NCBI GenBank assembly: GCA_964016885.1
Contig: OZ024742.1
Coordinates: 139,128,001 to 139,192,000 of the forward strand
DNA from: Eledone cirrhosa
Taxonomy: Eukaryota
Direction: 5' to 3'
Length of the DNA stretch: 64,000 nt
The notes under the pieces: model-generated
Database searches by the model: none
What the model saw: only the letters and a program-made list of their open reading frames with translations
Told to the model about the DNA's origin: nothing
In this document: positions 14,900-29,269 of the stretch, piece after piece
Numbering within the stretch: position 1 is the stretch's first letter
Layout of the letters: each line of letters opens with the position of its first letter
Translations under genes and position numbers: made by a program

Positions 14900-15830
14900 A
14901 TACGCTTGAAGGATACGCTTTTGCAAACCAAGAACAGGAAATCAATACGAAATACCCGATTCACAAAAGAGATAGGGATGCAGTCAAAACACCTAGATGT
15001 GACAACAAGTGCTAACTCTGTAGAATTAGCATCGAAGATGTCACCCATGTCGTAAGCAGCTGTCTAAAGGTGTCATCGCAGTACATTTATCTATGAGGCA
15101 TGATGTAGTGACGAAAATACTGTACAATGCAATCCATAGTAAAGATATCCCCGATAATAAACACATTAAAAGCTACAGCAATGTAGAAGATATACATATA
15201 CATAATATAAAAGAGTACTGGTGAAATGTTCCAGTAAAAACACCAATAAAATGCAGGCATAACAGACCAGATATAATGATATGAAACAGGGAAAAGAAGG
15301 CATGCAAAGTAGTGGAAGTTCGCTGCCCAGCAGATGCCAATATAATATCAATGATTAGCGAAAAGGAGAATATTTATGCAGAACCCATGAGAAATCTGCA
15401 GATACTTCACCCTGACTATACCTTCAGATTTATGCCTGTCATTATTGGGGCACGGAGATATGTTAGTAACCGCCTCAATACAAATCTTGAGAAGCTGGGC
15501 TTCACAGAAACAGAAAGAACACGACTATTTGGGAAATTGCAAGTACAATCCATTAATAGAACAGTAAAAATATGTAAAACATTCCAAAAATTCTGCATCT
15601 GATAACTTCATATACACATGTACAGATACAAATCATATGAACATGCACACATAAAACTCAAAACATACACATACAATAACATCCATACCTGCACACACAT
15701 GCAGACCTGCAGACATGCATAAATATATACCTAGTTGATGTGTAAATTCCAATGAGAGAGTCTTGTGTCTATGTTAGGAACCGACTCTCTCTCTATTGGT
15801 AAAAATGTATAACCAGAAGAACATACATAC
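14900..15830 (+). mobile_element. 5'-truncated, degenerate RLE-type (R4/Dong-like) non-LTR retrotransposon 3' end
   Basis: Translates to LEGYAFANQEQEINTKY..., a CCHC knuckle (KC*LCRISIEDVTHVVSSC), an RHD motif and a PD..EVxCP restriction-like endonuclease (HNRPDIMI...VEVRCPAD...FMPVIIGA). It has stops and frameshifts and ends in (CATA)n. Confidence 0.8.
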
Positions 15831-16104
15831 ATACATATACTTGTGGAGCAAATTGTATGTAATGAAATAGCAAAGTTTAACAGAGCATTTAATGAGTTTA
15901 ATAGGGAGTTAACTGACGAGGGTCGTGCAATCCACACACTCCAGTCAGTCAGTGATGATGCATATATATATATAGTGAAAATTGGAACGGCAACAAAGAC
16001 AGAGAGGCAGTACAAACAAAGGTTTATTAGTTTCACGCTCTGGAGAGTGGGATCACGATTGATGGCGCACTATCTCTCTGGTGTGTTATCTTTTCAACAT
16101 ATTG

Positions 16105-16151
<47 letters not shown>

Positions 16152-16161
16152 CGTACAAATG

Positions 16162-16194
<33 letters not shown>

Positions 16195-16196
<2 letters not shown>

Positions 16197-17778
16197 TAAA
16201 GTTTAAGCAAAGAATCGCTGCTTTTACCAGAGTGAAACCGTTTTTATATATATTTATAGATATTAAATCCTTATCGAGCCCTGTTCGGATTTTAGTCTTC
16301 ACATGTTTCATTATTACTATATATATATATATTAGTAAAAGGAAAAGAAAATGCTGACAAATTGTTCCCAGTGAAAAATAGTTTAATTAGAAATAAGTAA
16401 AAATTAGTAATAAGTATTGGTTAGTATTCAGTTTTAGTTTTAAGTATTTACCGGTTGCGCATTTCTAATGCTTTTCAAAAATAATTTTGAGATAGAGCGC
16501 CCGTGATGTTTGCTCTAATCTGATTTTAAATATATATATATATATATATAAGTGGTTACACCTTAGCGGATCCTCAGCTCATAATGGACATGGTTATAAG
16601 GAACAGGAAGGAAAACCGTACGAACGCGCATGCGCAGAAACGGACATTTCACACAGGCAATACTAAAATGCGTGCGAGAGGTGTAAGGGAGATAACTGCG
16701 AAAGTCCGAAAAGTTTCTAGTTGATAAGAAAATTAGGGTGTTGTAATTCAATCCGGATATTTGTAGTTACGCAAGAGGTGTTTCGCGACGTGTGGACAAG
16801 GTGTGAAGAATTCATTTCTCGTGTTTAGGCAATCACTATTGCATAATCTCTTTAGAATATTTATTCGTTCATCAATACATAGTCCACACGACGGATTTCC
16901 CCTTGCGTATGACTTGGACTTAGTGATGGCTTTCCATTGAATGGAGTAGTCTATACTTGAGTACTTGAGGGAGCATATGTGGCTCGCGAGTTTCGTGGAT
17001 GAACCTAAAGGTCGACTGGTGGTTCAGGAAGCGTTCCTTAAATCGGCTCTCCGCCATACCCACAAAGGATTTGACCTCCTGTGGTTGATTTGGTCGGCTG
17101 GAAGTGACCACAGCTTCATAAACTACAGCGGATGTGTTGCATTGCTGTTGAAGGGGACAAGCTCGGACCTACGGCAAGAGCATCCTGGTGGGGTGTTGCT
17201 CTTAGGGCTGTTGGTGATGTGGGCCTTCATCTTCTTAGTGCAGTAGTATCCTAGTTTTATTTTGTGTCGGTTAAAGATGGAGCGGTATTTATGACCTATG
17301 GGAAAGTGTCTATCTAAGAGGGCTAGAAATATTTTGCCTACATTGGTTTTAACGTTGAGTGAGAAGGGAGGAGAGAACCAGATAGTTTGTCTATTGTTAC
17401 GCTTTCTTTTCTTATTGCTGTTGTTGATAGTGGGAGAGTAAGTGATAGGTTGCGAGAAGCCGCTGTTAGCTAACGCCGTGTTATAATAAGGTGCTGCCGT
17501 CAAAGATAGCCTTATGAGAGGAGAAGTTTGAGATTCTGGTACTGATATTATTTACGAAGTTTCTAAAAACAGTGGGAGGGTGGCATGAGTCTTTGTGAAT
17601 GTAACTGAGTTTTTCGTTTAGCTTATGGAAGGGTCTGTAGATGTGTGTGCGAAGGTCTAAATTAATGTCTAAGAAATCTACGCTAGAGAGGTTGGTAGCT
17701 TTTGTTATCCTAAGTCCTAACTCATTGAAGGTAGAAGCTCTACCACCACGGATATTACCTTCCAGTGTTCTACCACTA

Positions 17779-17871
<93 letters not shown>

Positions 17872-18045
17872 TAATAATAGTAATAATAATAGTAATAATA
17901 AATGTGAAGACTAAAATCCGAAGAGGGCTCGATAAGGATCATGTATATATAAAAACCCGTAGAGCAAATATTTATTATAAGAAGAGATTAAAGTTTAAGA
18001 AAAGAATTTCTGCTTTCACCCATAACGGGATCTTCTGAAACTGAA
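16195..18045 (-). mobile_element. Penelope-like element fragment (RT thumb + GIY-YIG) bracketed by oppositely oriented pLTR-like repeats
   Basis: Minus-strand fragments VDFLDINLDL...YRPFHK...YIHKDSCHP, TIWFSPPFSLNVKTNVGKIF and SFVGMAESRFKERFLNH. The repeat GAAGACTAAAATCCGAA(G/C)AGGGCTCGATAAGGAT occurs at ~16267-16305 (-) and ~17905-17940 (+). Confidence 0.8.
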
Positions 18046-18149
18046 AAAATTAATCTGTGGACGCAGAAGTAAATATTTAAAAAACGTTACAAGTGAAGGA
18101 AAACAGGACGACGATACGTTGCTTCGTGTAGACATACTCTGCCGATGGA

Positions 18150-18420
18150 CGAAAAAATGCGAGGATAATTACGTCGTCATGTGATGCGAGAAGAAGATTT
18201 GATCGTTGGTGTTGAGTATTTCCAGGGCTTCGGTGGTGCAAAGATCACATAGTCTTTTGTTTCCATTATACGATCTAGCTTTAGCTAGAATCTCCCAGTG
18301 TAACCTATATCGGATGTGGTTGTCTTTTACACTCCAGATATAGGCCGAAAGTGACGTCATGTTCCTTCTTAAAGGGTTATGAAAAGAATGGGTGTGCATA
18401 TATAGACACTGCTTCTATAT
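18150..18420 (-). mobile_element. Penelope-like GIY-YIG C-terminal fragment
   Basis: TSLSAYIWSVKDNHIRYRLHWEILAKARSYNGNKRLCDLCTTE is a typical PLE endonuclease tail with CxxC. Confidence 0.75.
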
Positions 18421-19199
18421 CTAGCGGGGTCTTTTAGCTGAGCCCAATCCGTTGCCCAATCCGTTTTTATCAGGTCTCCGATCTGAAGATAATTTGTGAC
18501 CTTACTGCCATCAATCGCGAAGGCCCTGGTGAAAGTCACGGAAGCTGTGATCTTTATCCCCTATATAATGAAAAGAGATTTAGGTGATGAAAAGAGATTT
18601 AGGTTAAGCGAATGCAAATTTCTGTTTGTACGATTGTTCATATATCCAGTATTCCTGGTATATCCAATCAAATTTAGAGTCTTCTTGCTCTCATTAAACG
18701 AACCCCTCCCTGGTTGACCTCCACCGGCTTTGGTAATGTCTCCAGAGGTTTAGCCGTACTTACCACGCTTGGTCAATTGTGGGTTGGGGAGGCTATATAA
18801 TCCATAGCTGGGGTGAGTGGCCGTTGACTCTGAAACGTTTATCCGTCCTTTAACAGCTCTTGTTTTTTGTGCTGATGGTATTCCTCTAACCCTCTTCAAC
18901 AGACAAGGATCAAGCAGGAGATATGGCATATCATTCCTAGATTCCAAAAAGTGCATTCAACGCTATACCTCTCATTATTGAAGATACAGGTCCACTAATA
19001 CAGGATATACGGATTTCACACATGAGTATGTATGGTCTCGTAACTCCTGATAGAGTTGTAGGGGCACCGTATTGACATACGGCGTTTATTGGGCATTTTA
19101 AGCCTGGTGGAACCCATTCCTCTCCAGGTCTGAATACAGAAGTTTTCTTTCAGAGAAAGATAGAAAGTGAAAGAGAGAAGAAATGAGAATTAGGTACAG

Positions 19200-19365
19200 A
19201 GGAAGAATCCACCCCAGTACTGGACTGGTACTTTTTTATCGACATCGAAAGGATAAAAGTTAAAGTTGACCTCGGCGGAATTTGAACTCAGAGAGCAGGG
19301 AACCGGGACGAATACCATAAAGCATTTTACCCGATGTTCTAACAACTCTGCCAATTCGTCACCTT
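19200..19365 (-). mobile_element. tRNA-derived SINE (octopod-type)
   Basis: The reverse complement has an A-box (TGGCAGAGTTG), a B-box (GAGTTCAAATTCC) and the core GTCAACTTT...GTCGATAAAAAAGTACCAG shared with other copies in the window. Confidence 0.8.
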
Positions 19366-19841
19366 CACACATGAGTACAAAGTGCAAAACGTTGATTCAA
19401 CCAATACTACTCTTTTGACTTATATTATCCTAATTTAATTAAATGAAACAATTGACAGACACAAAAGCAAGCATTAATCATAAACCTATAATGTATTAAT
19501 CTATTCGCTTTACAACTTTGTTTTTGTAAATGATAGAATAAATAAAATTAAAGCATGACCACTTCTTGTCCTGCTGAATACCACGACGGAGTGTAAAAAT
19601 AAATATCCGTTTATTTTATTCTAGTTGAATTGCTGTGTCACAGTATATCAAAATAGATGTACATATTCTCTAACATTGAACATTCGTTTTCAGTAAGATT
19701 GTATAGGTGATTGGTTGCTAGGTATATTGGTCAGAGCTTATCTTGAACATTGCAATATACATATTTGTATATATGCATGCATGCATATATGTACACACAC
19801 ACGACACAATCAAACACACACATGGCGCGCGCGCGCACGCA

Positions 19842-20539
<698 letters not shown>

Positions 20540-20599
20540 CTCTTTTGCACATTTACCTGTTCTGTCTGAGGCCATGCTGGGGCACCGCCCTTGTTGCTA

Positions 20600-21560
20600 C
20601 ATATTTTACCTCCAGCCTATATTGGTTGGCCACTGGTGCAAGAGGGAGTCCGTTGCTGCTTCCCTTAGGTTTCCCTCATGCCTTGCTGTGGGCTCATCCA
20701 GGATCCTTAATAGCAAGATTTCGAGATGTTTCTTGAAAACATCCACGTCCACACCATGCAGATCTCTCAGATCCCTCGGCAGCTTGTTGAAGAGTTGAAG
20801 GCCTTTGAACCCCAGGCTATTGCAATATCTGCTCCTTATTCTAGATGTGGTAGACAGGACCTTTGGCACCACACAATGACGTCCTCTTCGGGGGTTGGTC
20901 CAGGTCCCAATGCCAAAGTTTGGTGCTAGTCCCTCCAGGATTTTCCACATGTATATCACTGTGTATCTCTCCCGTCTTCGTTCCAAGGAGTAGAGGTTCA
21001 CATCTTTTAGCCTCTCCGAGTATCTTATCTCCTTCATCGTCGCAGTCCTCTTGGTGTAGCTACGCGGGATTGCCTCAAGCTCCGTGGTTAGTTTGACACT
21101 ATGGGATGACCACAGCTGGGAGCAATAATCCAGGTGGCTTAGGACAAATGTCCTCCATAGTGTCAACATGGTGTCTCGGTCCCTTGTCCGAGATCCAGCC
21201 AGCGAGTCGTCTGCACATTGTCGCCACTTTCATGATGTGTGAGGAAAAAGATGCATCGTCGCTCATGTCTATACCCAGGTCTCGTATCGATTTCGACACG
21301 GGAATGTCGGTCCCTCCTGGTCCAGTGTAACTGTGTTGTACTGTATTTGTGTTTGCAGGTTTGTATTGTAGGGCTTGAAATTTGCCAGCATTAAACTGCA
21401 TGTTGTTGTCTTCCGCCCATTTGTCTTCCGGCATCCAGATCTTGTTGTAAAAGGGCAGCGTCAGCCGTGTTTTTGATTGCCTGTGCTACCTTAGTGTCAT
21501 CAGCATAGCTAGTGAGGGATGTTGTATGTACTACAGGGGGTATGTCTGAGGGAGCCACAA
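20600..21560 (-). mobile_element. CR1/L2-group LINE, RT C-terminal fragment (degenerate)
   Basis: SYADDTKVAQAI, WAEDNNMQFNAGKFQAL, IRDLGIDMSDD, LSHLDYCSQLWS and LYSLERRRERY motifs, frameshifted. Confidence 0.85.
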
Positions 21561-21584
21561 AAAAAAGTATATATACCTTCCTTA

Positions 21585-21730
21585 TATAAGTTGGTTGATT
21601 TGAAAGGATCGTTTGAGCACTGGCATGTCATTCCTGCTCTCTGAGTTCTGAGTTTGAGTCCTTCAAAATTCACTTTGCTTTCATCTTTTCGGGGTTGATA
21701 AAGAAAGTACCAGCCTAGTGTTGGTGCTAC
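21585..21730 (+). mobile_element. Degenerate tRNA-derived SINE
   Basis: CTGAGTTTGAGTCC...CTTTGCTTTCATCTTTTCGGGGTTGATAAAGAAAGTACCAG matches the window SINE core. Confidence 0.55.
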
Positions 21731-22414
21731 TTTTCTCCTTCCAGCTGTCTCACCTTTGATACTTCGCTGAATTATGGGCGGGACTGCCGAAATAATACAC
21801 TAATTCGGCAAACCGAACGCAGACCGCTCACCTATACACCTTAATAAAGCACACACCAAATTCTTGAAGTAGGAATTCAAGATTTTTAAAGTCGGATTCC
21901 ATTTAATGAGTGATGATGTAAAGCTAAGTTTTTCAAGACATAATTCAGCACTTTATAATTTCTGTTGATTATTTTCTTTTATTAATACGTTTTCCCCTTC
22001 CTCGCAGAACTATAGTTTCAAATTGGGCACAAAGCAAGTCATTTTTATTTATGTATCTATTTTTTTTTTTTTTTTAGAAGTAAGGTGAAAGTCCTTAATT
22101 TATACTTTAGTTCATCGTTCCCAGAAGAATGAAAGTCAAAGTTGGTCATGGAGGATTTGAACACAGTACGTCATCAAACGCCGTAAAATATTCTGTCCGA
22201 TTGCAGCGTTTCTTGGGTATTTTAAATTTGAAAGAACCCATCCTTCTCTGGCTGGGTCTGAACACAACACCGATTTCTTACAACCGAAGAGGGGAACAAA
22301 GAGAGAGAGAGAGAGAGAGAGAAGGGGGGAAGAGAGAGGGGGAGTGGGACAAATAGAGAGAAAGGGAGAGAGAATGTTAAAGAGGAAGTTAGAAAGAAAT
22401 ATAGATGAAGAATT

Positions 22415-22520
22415 AACTCCAGTACTGGACTAGTACTCTTTTATCGACCCAATAAGATAAAGTTAATCTCGGCGGGATTTGAACTCGAAGATTAGAGAGC
22501 TTCCGACGTGGCATTGCCGG
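22415..22520 (-). mobile_element. Degenerate tRNA-derived SINE
   Basis: CCAGTACTGGACTAGTACTCTTTTATCGACCC...CTCGGCGGGATTTGAACTC is the reverse complement of the SINE core and B-box. Confidence 0.6.
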
Positions 22521-23959
22521 TCCATTTATTCTTCATCGTCTCCAGTCGTACAATCTTTTACAAGGCATTTTGTAACACATCCCAGTCAAATGCAGACCAC
22601 GAATACGAGACAGCATGGGCTGCTTGGGTTACTGGTGGCTTCACTGTTATTCACGATCCAGCTTTTCGACATAATTTAGGACGATAACAAATGTCTTTCC
22701 ACGTGCAATGAAGATAGAATTTTAACTTAAACAACATTGTTTAACTGACTTCAGATGACTCGCAATAAACAACTGTGCGTGCATCAATACAGTACTCCAT
22801 TCATTCACCGACACACATTGCGGTGACAAGTGTTTTTGCGACGGAGCTGCTCTTCGTCTTGGTATTCACTTGTGTGAGTCCCGTAAATGGCACAATGGAG
22901 CTACTATCGACAAATTCGAAGTATGTTCATTCATTTGCACGTAAATCATTATGAAGCGTTACATAAGTTAGAAGCGTTAAGATAAGTTAGAAGAATGAAT
23001 ACTGCCTGAATTGTCTGATGGACGTTCTACCATAGATATGATTATGCAATGGATACAAGAAAAATGCAGGGACCAAAGGAAACCGTGTCACTGATGAGAT
23101 ATTAACGAATCTTGAAACAACCTTCTAGCACTCACAATGGTTACTGAGATATCTGTGACCTGTTCATAACGATATTCTCAAGTATAATGTATATAGACAT
23201 ATAGTATATGCTTGCATATAATGCTGTCTTAGTGTTACTGCTAATATATATATATATATATATAAAATATTAAACAAATAATGAATAAACAATTCCTTAT
23301 ATTAAACAAAAAAAGTTCATTATTCAACGATCGTTTCTAGGACACATATGTGTTAGAATTGGTATGCATATTCAACAGATCTATGTACAAAATTATACAA
23401 AATTATACAAATTATCAAGATTAAATATACATACCAACACATATATACGCCGTCTTCAGAAATAATGAAGTATATTTATTGATAATAACAACAATTCAAA
23501 ATTTCAGGTCCGTTTGGGAACAAAATTGACCAATGAAAACACAAAGGGTTAAATGCAGTTCGGTGTGTGTATATACATGTAAAACCCTTACACATATTTT
23601 ACAAAAATGTATGTATAATTTGTATACGCATACTAAAAGGATGGATGCAAATACAAAATTTCAAGGTTAATGTCTCTGTAAGTTTATAATGCACAGATAA
23701 GATGCGTATTGACACTTATGAAATTAAGTATATAAATATATTTTTTCATACTCACACATATCCGTACAATCACACATACACGCGCGTATATGCATAAATA
23801 TACACATAACCACGAACATACAAACACACACACACCCCCACTCACATTTATATATGTGGATATAAAATCATAAGCACATGGATATTAATTCACTCACATA
23901 AAACACTGGCACACACATTTTTAGATCAAGATACAGAAATTAGGTGGGAGGGGGGGGGG

Positions 23960-24149
23960 GAGAGGTCAGTATTCAACGGTCTGAGCAGACTGCCTAATAT
24001 AGATGTATCTATAAACTAAGAAAATAAAAAAATAAAAAAATAAAAAATAATAAATAAACATTAAAGAGGAAAGAATAGAAAGAAAACAGAAAAAAGAAAA
24101 AAGAAAAAAGAAATATATCAAGAAAATAAATATATATATATACATATAT

Positions 24150-24188
<39 letters not shown>

Positions 24189-24367
24189 TATATATATATA
24201 ATATACATATATATACACATAGACACACACACACACATACATAAATATACATACATATACAAACACATACATACATATACACACATCCACACTAAGAACA
24301 TACATACACACACATATATAAACATATACATATACACACATACATACATATACACATATACATACAA

Positions 24368-24424
<57 letters not shown>

Positions 24425-24734
24425 TATGTATATACACGTACATATACACACACATATACATATAATCACACATACTATATAGACACAGATATATATACCC
24501 ACACACATACATGCACATATACAACACTTACATACTAATATACATACAGATATACACATACATAGCTATATATACACACAAATATATACAGACTTACATA
24601 TATACATACAGACAAATACTTACGCATCTATATATCGGTATATACATACAAACACCACTACACTATCACACAACTTAGAAATACAAAGAGAAAGGTATAT
24701 ACCTATACACACATACATATACAAATAGAAAAAC

Positions 24735-24767
<33 letters not shown>

Positions 24768-25060
24768 TATACATATACATATATATATATAACATATATA
24801 TATATATATATATATACACATACATATACACATACACACACATACACATATACACATATACATACATGTACACACACATAGAAATATTTACGCATACACA
24901 CATACACACATACATATAAAGTCATACACACACATACACCTACACGAACATACACATACACATATATAAAGATATATATATACACACACACACACACAAC
25001 ACATACACACATACACATATATATAAAAAATAAATAATAAAGATATATACATATATATAT

Positions 25061-25111
<51 letters not shown>

Positions 25112-25504
25112 CACCTAAATATACATACACATACATACACACATACATAGACATACATGTACATACATACACGTACATCGATATACATACATATATATAT
25201 ACACACACATAGACATATACATACATACACACACAACTTACATACACACATATATATACATGTATATTCATACATAGAATTAGATATATAATCATACATA
25301 CATATGCACTTACTTATACTCATATATACAAATACATACGCATCCATATATGCGTATATACATAAAAACACCACTACAACCTCACCTAACTCAGACATAC
25401 AAATAAAAATAATAATAATAATAAAAAGGCATATGTATATACATATATACACGCATTAATAGAGATATATATATACATACATATATACATATACATATAT
25501 ATAT

Positions 25505-25544
<40 letters not shown>

Positions 25545-25806
25545 ACTCATACATATATATATATAGATACCCACACACTCATACCACCATAAATACACAT
25601 ACAAACACCCACATATACATATATATACACACGTATATATATATATATATATACACACACATAAAAAAAATAAAAAAAAAAAAAAAAAAAAAAACAGACA
25701 TGCACATATATATATATTTTTTTACACTTATATATACACATATTATATACACATACACAACCTCACATATACACACATACACATAAGTTATATTATAATA
25801 ATAAAA

Positions 25807-25867
<61 letters not shown>

Positions 25868-25931
25868 CATATAAACATATACATACATATATACACACAT
25901 ACGAATATAGACATATATTCACACATAGACA

Positions 25932-25977
<46 letters not shown>

Positions 25978-27170
25978 TACATATACACAGACACATATAC
26001 ACACTCACATATATATGTGTGTGCACACACACATATATACACACATACACATATATACACATAAACACGCATATGTGCATACATGCACACACACACACAT
26101 ATATCACATAGATACGAAGATAGACATATAAATAGAGAGACATACATATATATACAACACACATACACACACATACATACACACACACATACATATACAT
26201 ATATATACATATATATATATTCCTATATATACACATATACATATATATACATATATATACATATACATACACATATACATACACGCATTCACATACACAT
26301 ACATATATACGTGCATATATACACATATATACATACATACACACACTCATATATACACACACAATCTTACATTCATATTTGCATGCGCATATATGTATTT
26401 TTATATTTAGATATAAATACCCAAACCTATATAGACACCTACCTACATATATATTCATACATACACGCTTACAAATACAGATGATAATAGTATGGGGGAA
26501 AGGGGGGGTTTGGAGAAGGGGATCATAGTAAATATATGTTTCAAGAAACATAGAATATTTTCCGTATCTTTATCCAATGTATGTTTTTACATAGTTTCAG
26601 TGTTAGGAAATACAACAAACAAGAACTAAGGCAAAATCTATGCATCTCAAAATAAACAAGTATACCATTAATTATATGTTAACTAAACCAAAGATAGTTA
26701 ACATATTGATTTCTAAGGTGTAAATTAGTTAGGTTTATAATATTTGAAGCAGAATTTTGAAATTAAATAGTAGTAGAGTATTAATTATAGTATATCTAAA
26801 TTAAAGTTAATAACGTTATGGTATCAATATTAGGAAATGAATTTAGTAATAGGGAAAAAACAAATAAAATAAAGTATTACATCGGTAGTAGAATATAAAT
26901 TATAGGTTAACTAAATTAAAAATTATATATTTATTTCTATAGTATATGTTAATTAGGTATACAATACATAAAGCAGATATTGTATTTTATCAATAGCATA
27001 ATATAATTATATGCAAATAGAAATCAAAATTAATACACATACATATACATATACATACACATACATATATACATATATATACACGTATATATATATATAC
27101 ATATATACACATATACATACACACACACATACACATACACATATACATATATATATCTTTTTCAAAAAAT
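23960..27170. repeat. Cryptic (TA)n/(CA)n/(TACA)n low-complexity tract with short internal duplications
   Basis: Alternating purine-pyrimidine mosaic. The block TACGCATC.ATATAT...ACCACTACA is repeated at ~24620 and ~25337. Confidence 0.9.
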
Positions 27171-27765
27171 TGCATAGAATATATTAACTAGGTATATATC
27201 CAAAACACATCCCATTCTATGATTACATGACATTCTGCAATTCGTCTGTATAAGGATACTAATTTTAAGCAAATTAAAATTAAATTTTTAGGTTGATCAA
27301 AATTAAAACCAAATTATAAATATATTTCTAAAATGTATATTAATTAGGTCTATAATACTAAAAATTATTTCTCTGTCATTGGATACACGATATTATTTTG
27401 TTATATTTTATCTGTAAAAGAATTATAATAAAAGGTTTAAATAAATTAAAATTAATCTATAAATTAAATTACTAAGTATATATTAGTAATATTTAAAGGT
27501 TTTTCACAATTTATGATTACATAATATTTTATATTCTCATCTGTAATAAAATTTTAATTAAATTAAATTTATAGGTTAACTAACATTTAAATTAAATTAA
27601 TTTCTAAAATAATGTTATTAATTAGGTTTATAATATTTAAATGTTTTTTTTAGTTTATGATTACACGATATAATTAATTCCTGTCGTTTATTTAATAAGA
27701 TATCCTTAGACTTCATTATTTAATGAAGTCTAAGGATAATGAAGTCTAAGGATATAGTACTACCC

Positions 27766-27814
<49 letters not shown>

Positions 27815-28534
27815 AAACATACATATAAACGAAAAGACGGCCATGTTGAGAAAAGAGTAGTGAGGAGGGGGTCTTTATTAACAGTGGTGAAGATGGAGGA
27901 AGAAAGAGAGAAAGAGAACGGGGCAGACAGGGTATCAGTTGGATTAGTAACTACAGCCATAGTAGGAGTAGCTATATAAAAGTGGCGGTGTTGTTGGGAG
28001 AGAGTCGTGGTAGCGGTAAGAGTACAGACAACAGTGACAGCAGGAGTAAGGTGTGTGACGTCATAAGACTGACGCTGCAGAAAGTTAACGGTGCAAAGAT
28101 GTTAAGATTTCTAATTTGAGTTAAGTTTGATTTATTTCTGTCATTAAATGGCAAACTGATGACAATAATTGAATATAAATTAACAACATGTTGCCAATGG
28201 AATTTCCTCTTTTATATATCCGGATTTGAAAACGTGTTTTCATTTCTACGGTCCATTATATAGAGAGAGCTGGATAGAAAGTTCTCGCCATTTATCAAAT
28301 GTTCATTGCCTTTGGCGTTTTCTAATATTTGCGATTACCGACTACCATCGTTTAGGCATCTGAAATTTTTCAGACTAATAATATATAAACACATTGAGCT
28401 AATTCTGAAACTACTTGCAATTATATACAATTCTCTACATACATTTGAGCTTTGTATATTTTACCTTTTACCTTTGCTATATATATTTAGCTGTCGAACG
28501 GCCGGAGCACAACCTATGGGGTCCTGGTACTTTT

Positions 28535-28604
<70 letters not shown>

Positions 28605-28611
<7 letters not shown>

Positions 28612-28729
28612 GGAAAAAATGAAATTTCATTTCTCACTCTTAGTACGGCTGATACTTAGATATAAGTATGTATACGTCCATACATATATGTATACATACG
28701 TACAGTAGTATGTATATACATACATGCAT

Positions 28730-28809
<80 letters not shown>

Positions 28810-29225
28810 GTATGGGTTTACTGAACATCTATTATAATGCTCGGTTTATTTGTAAACAAACAGCCCGAATTATTAGCCGTACAGTGTTCGGCAACCATCG
28901 ATGCCATTTTGTTCAACAGTGACAAAAGAACGATGAACTAGTTTCTAGCTTATTAGCTGTCATCAGCACCGTATTCCTTCCTGTCAGTCAATTGAACGTT
29001 TGAAAGTATATACTTTCCTTATGCATATTACCGGCTGAGCAGCCTAATTTGCATATCGAGTGAGTTAGTCGGCCGGGCCTACCGAAAACGATAAACGGAA
29101 AAAAATGAAATTTCATTTCTCACTCTTAGTACGGATGATACGTAAATATAAGTATGTATACTTATACCGAACACTGTACGGCTAGTAATTCGGGCTGTTT
29201 GTCTACAAATAAACCGAGCTTTAAA
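28605..29225 (-). mobile_element. Second copy of the hammerhead-containing repeat, with terminal redundancy and a short inverted piece
   Basis: Reverse complement of 19985-20425. GAAATTTCATTTCTCACTCTTAGTACGG is present at both 28621 and ~29107. Bases 29168-29220 are an inverted partial copy. Confidence 0.7.
28930..28972 (-). ncRNA. Minimal type I hammerhead ribozyme motif
   Basis: Reverse complement ACGGTG-CTGATGA-CAGCTAATAAGCTA-GAAA-CTAGT-T-CATCGT, with a 6-bp stem I (ACGGTG/CATCGT, one G-U pair). Confidence 0.7.
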
Positions 29226-29269
29226 ATAAACGTAATTTTTATATCAAATTATTGATATAAAATAGTAAA

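Noticed and set aside
15905-15960. Hammerhead at CTGACGAG
   Set aside because: No closing stem II or GAAA box.
23085-23160. Hammerhead at CTGATGAGAT...ATCTTGAAAC
   Set aside because: Core boxes are present but stems I and III could not be paired convincingly.
23966-27175. YI/CV/HT-rich ORFs
   Set aside because: These are translations of dinucleotide microsatellites.
27700-27757. Small hairpin with duplicated arm (TCCTTAGACTTCATTA / TAATGAAGTCTAAGGA twice)
   Set aside because: Most simply a local template-switch scar; no further support for function.
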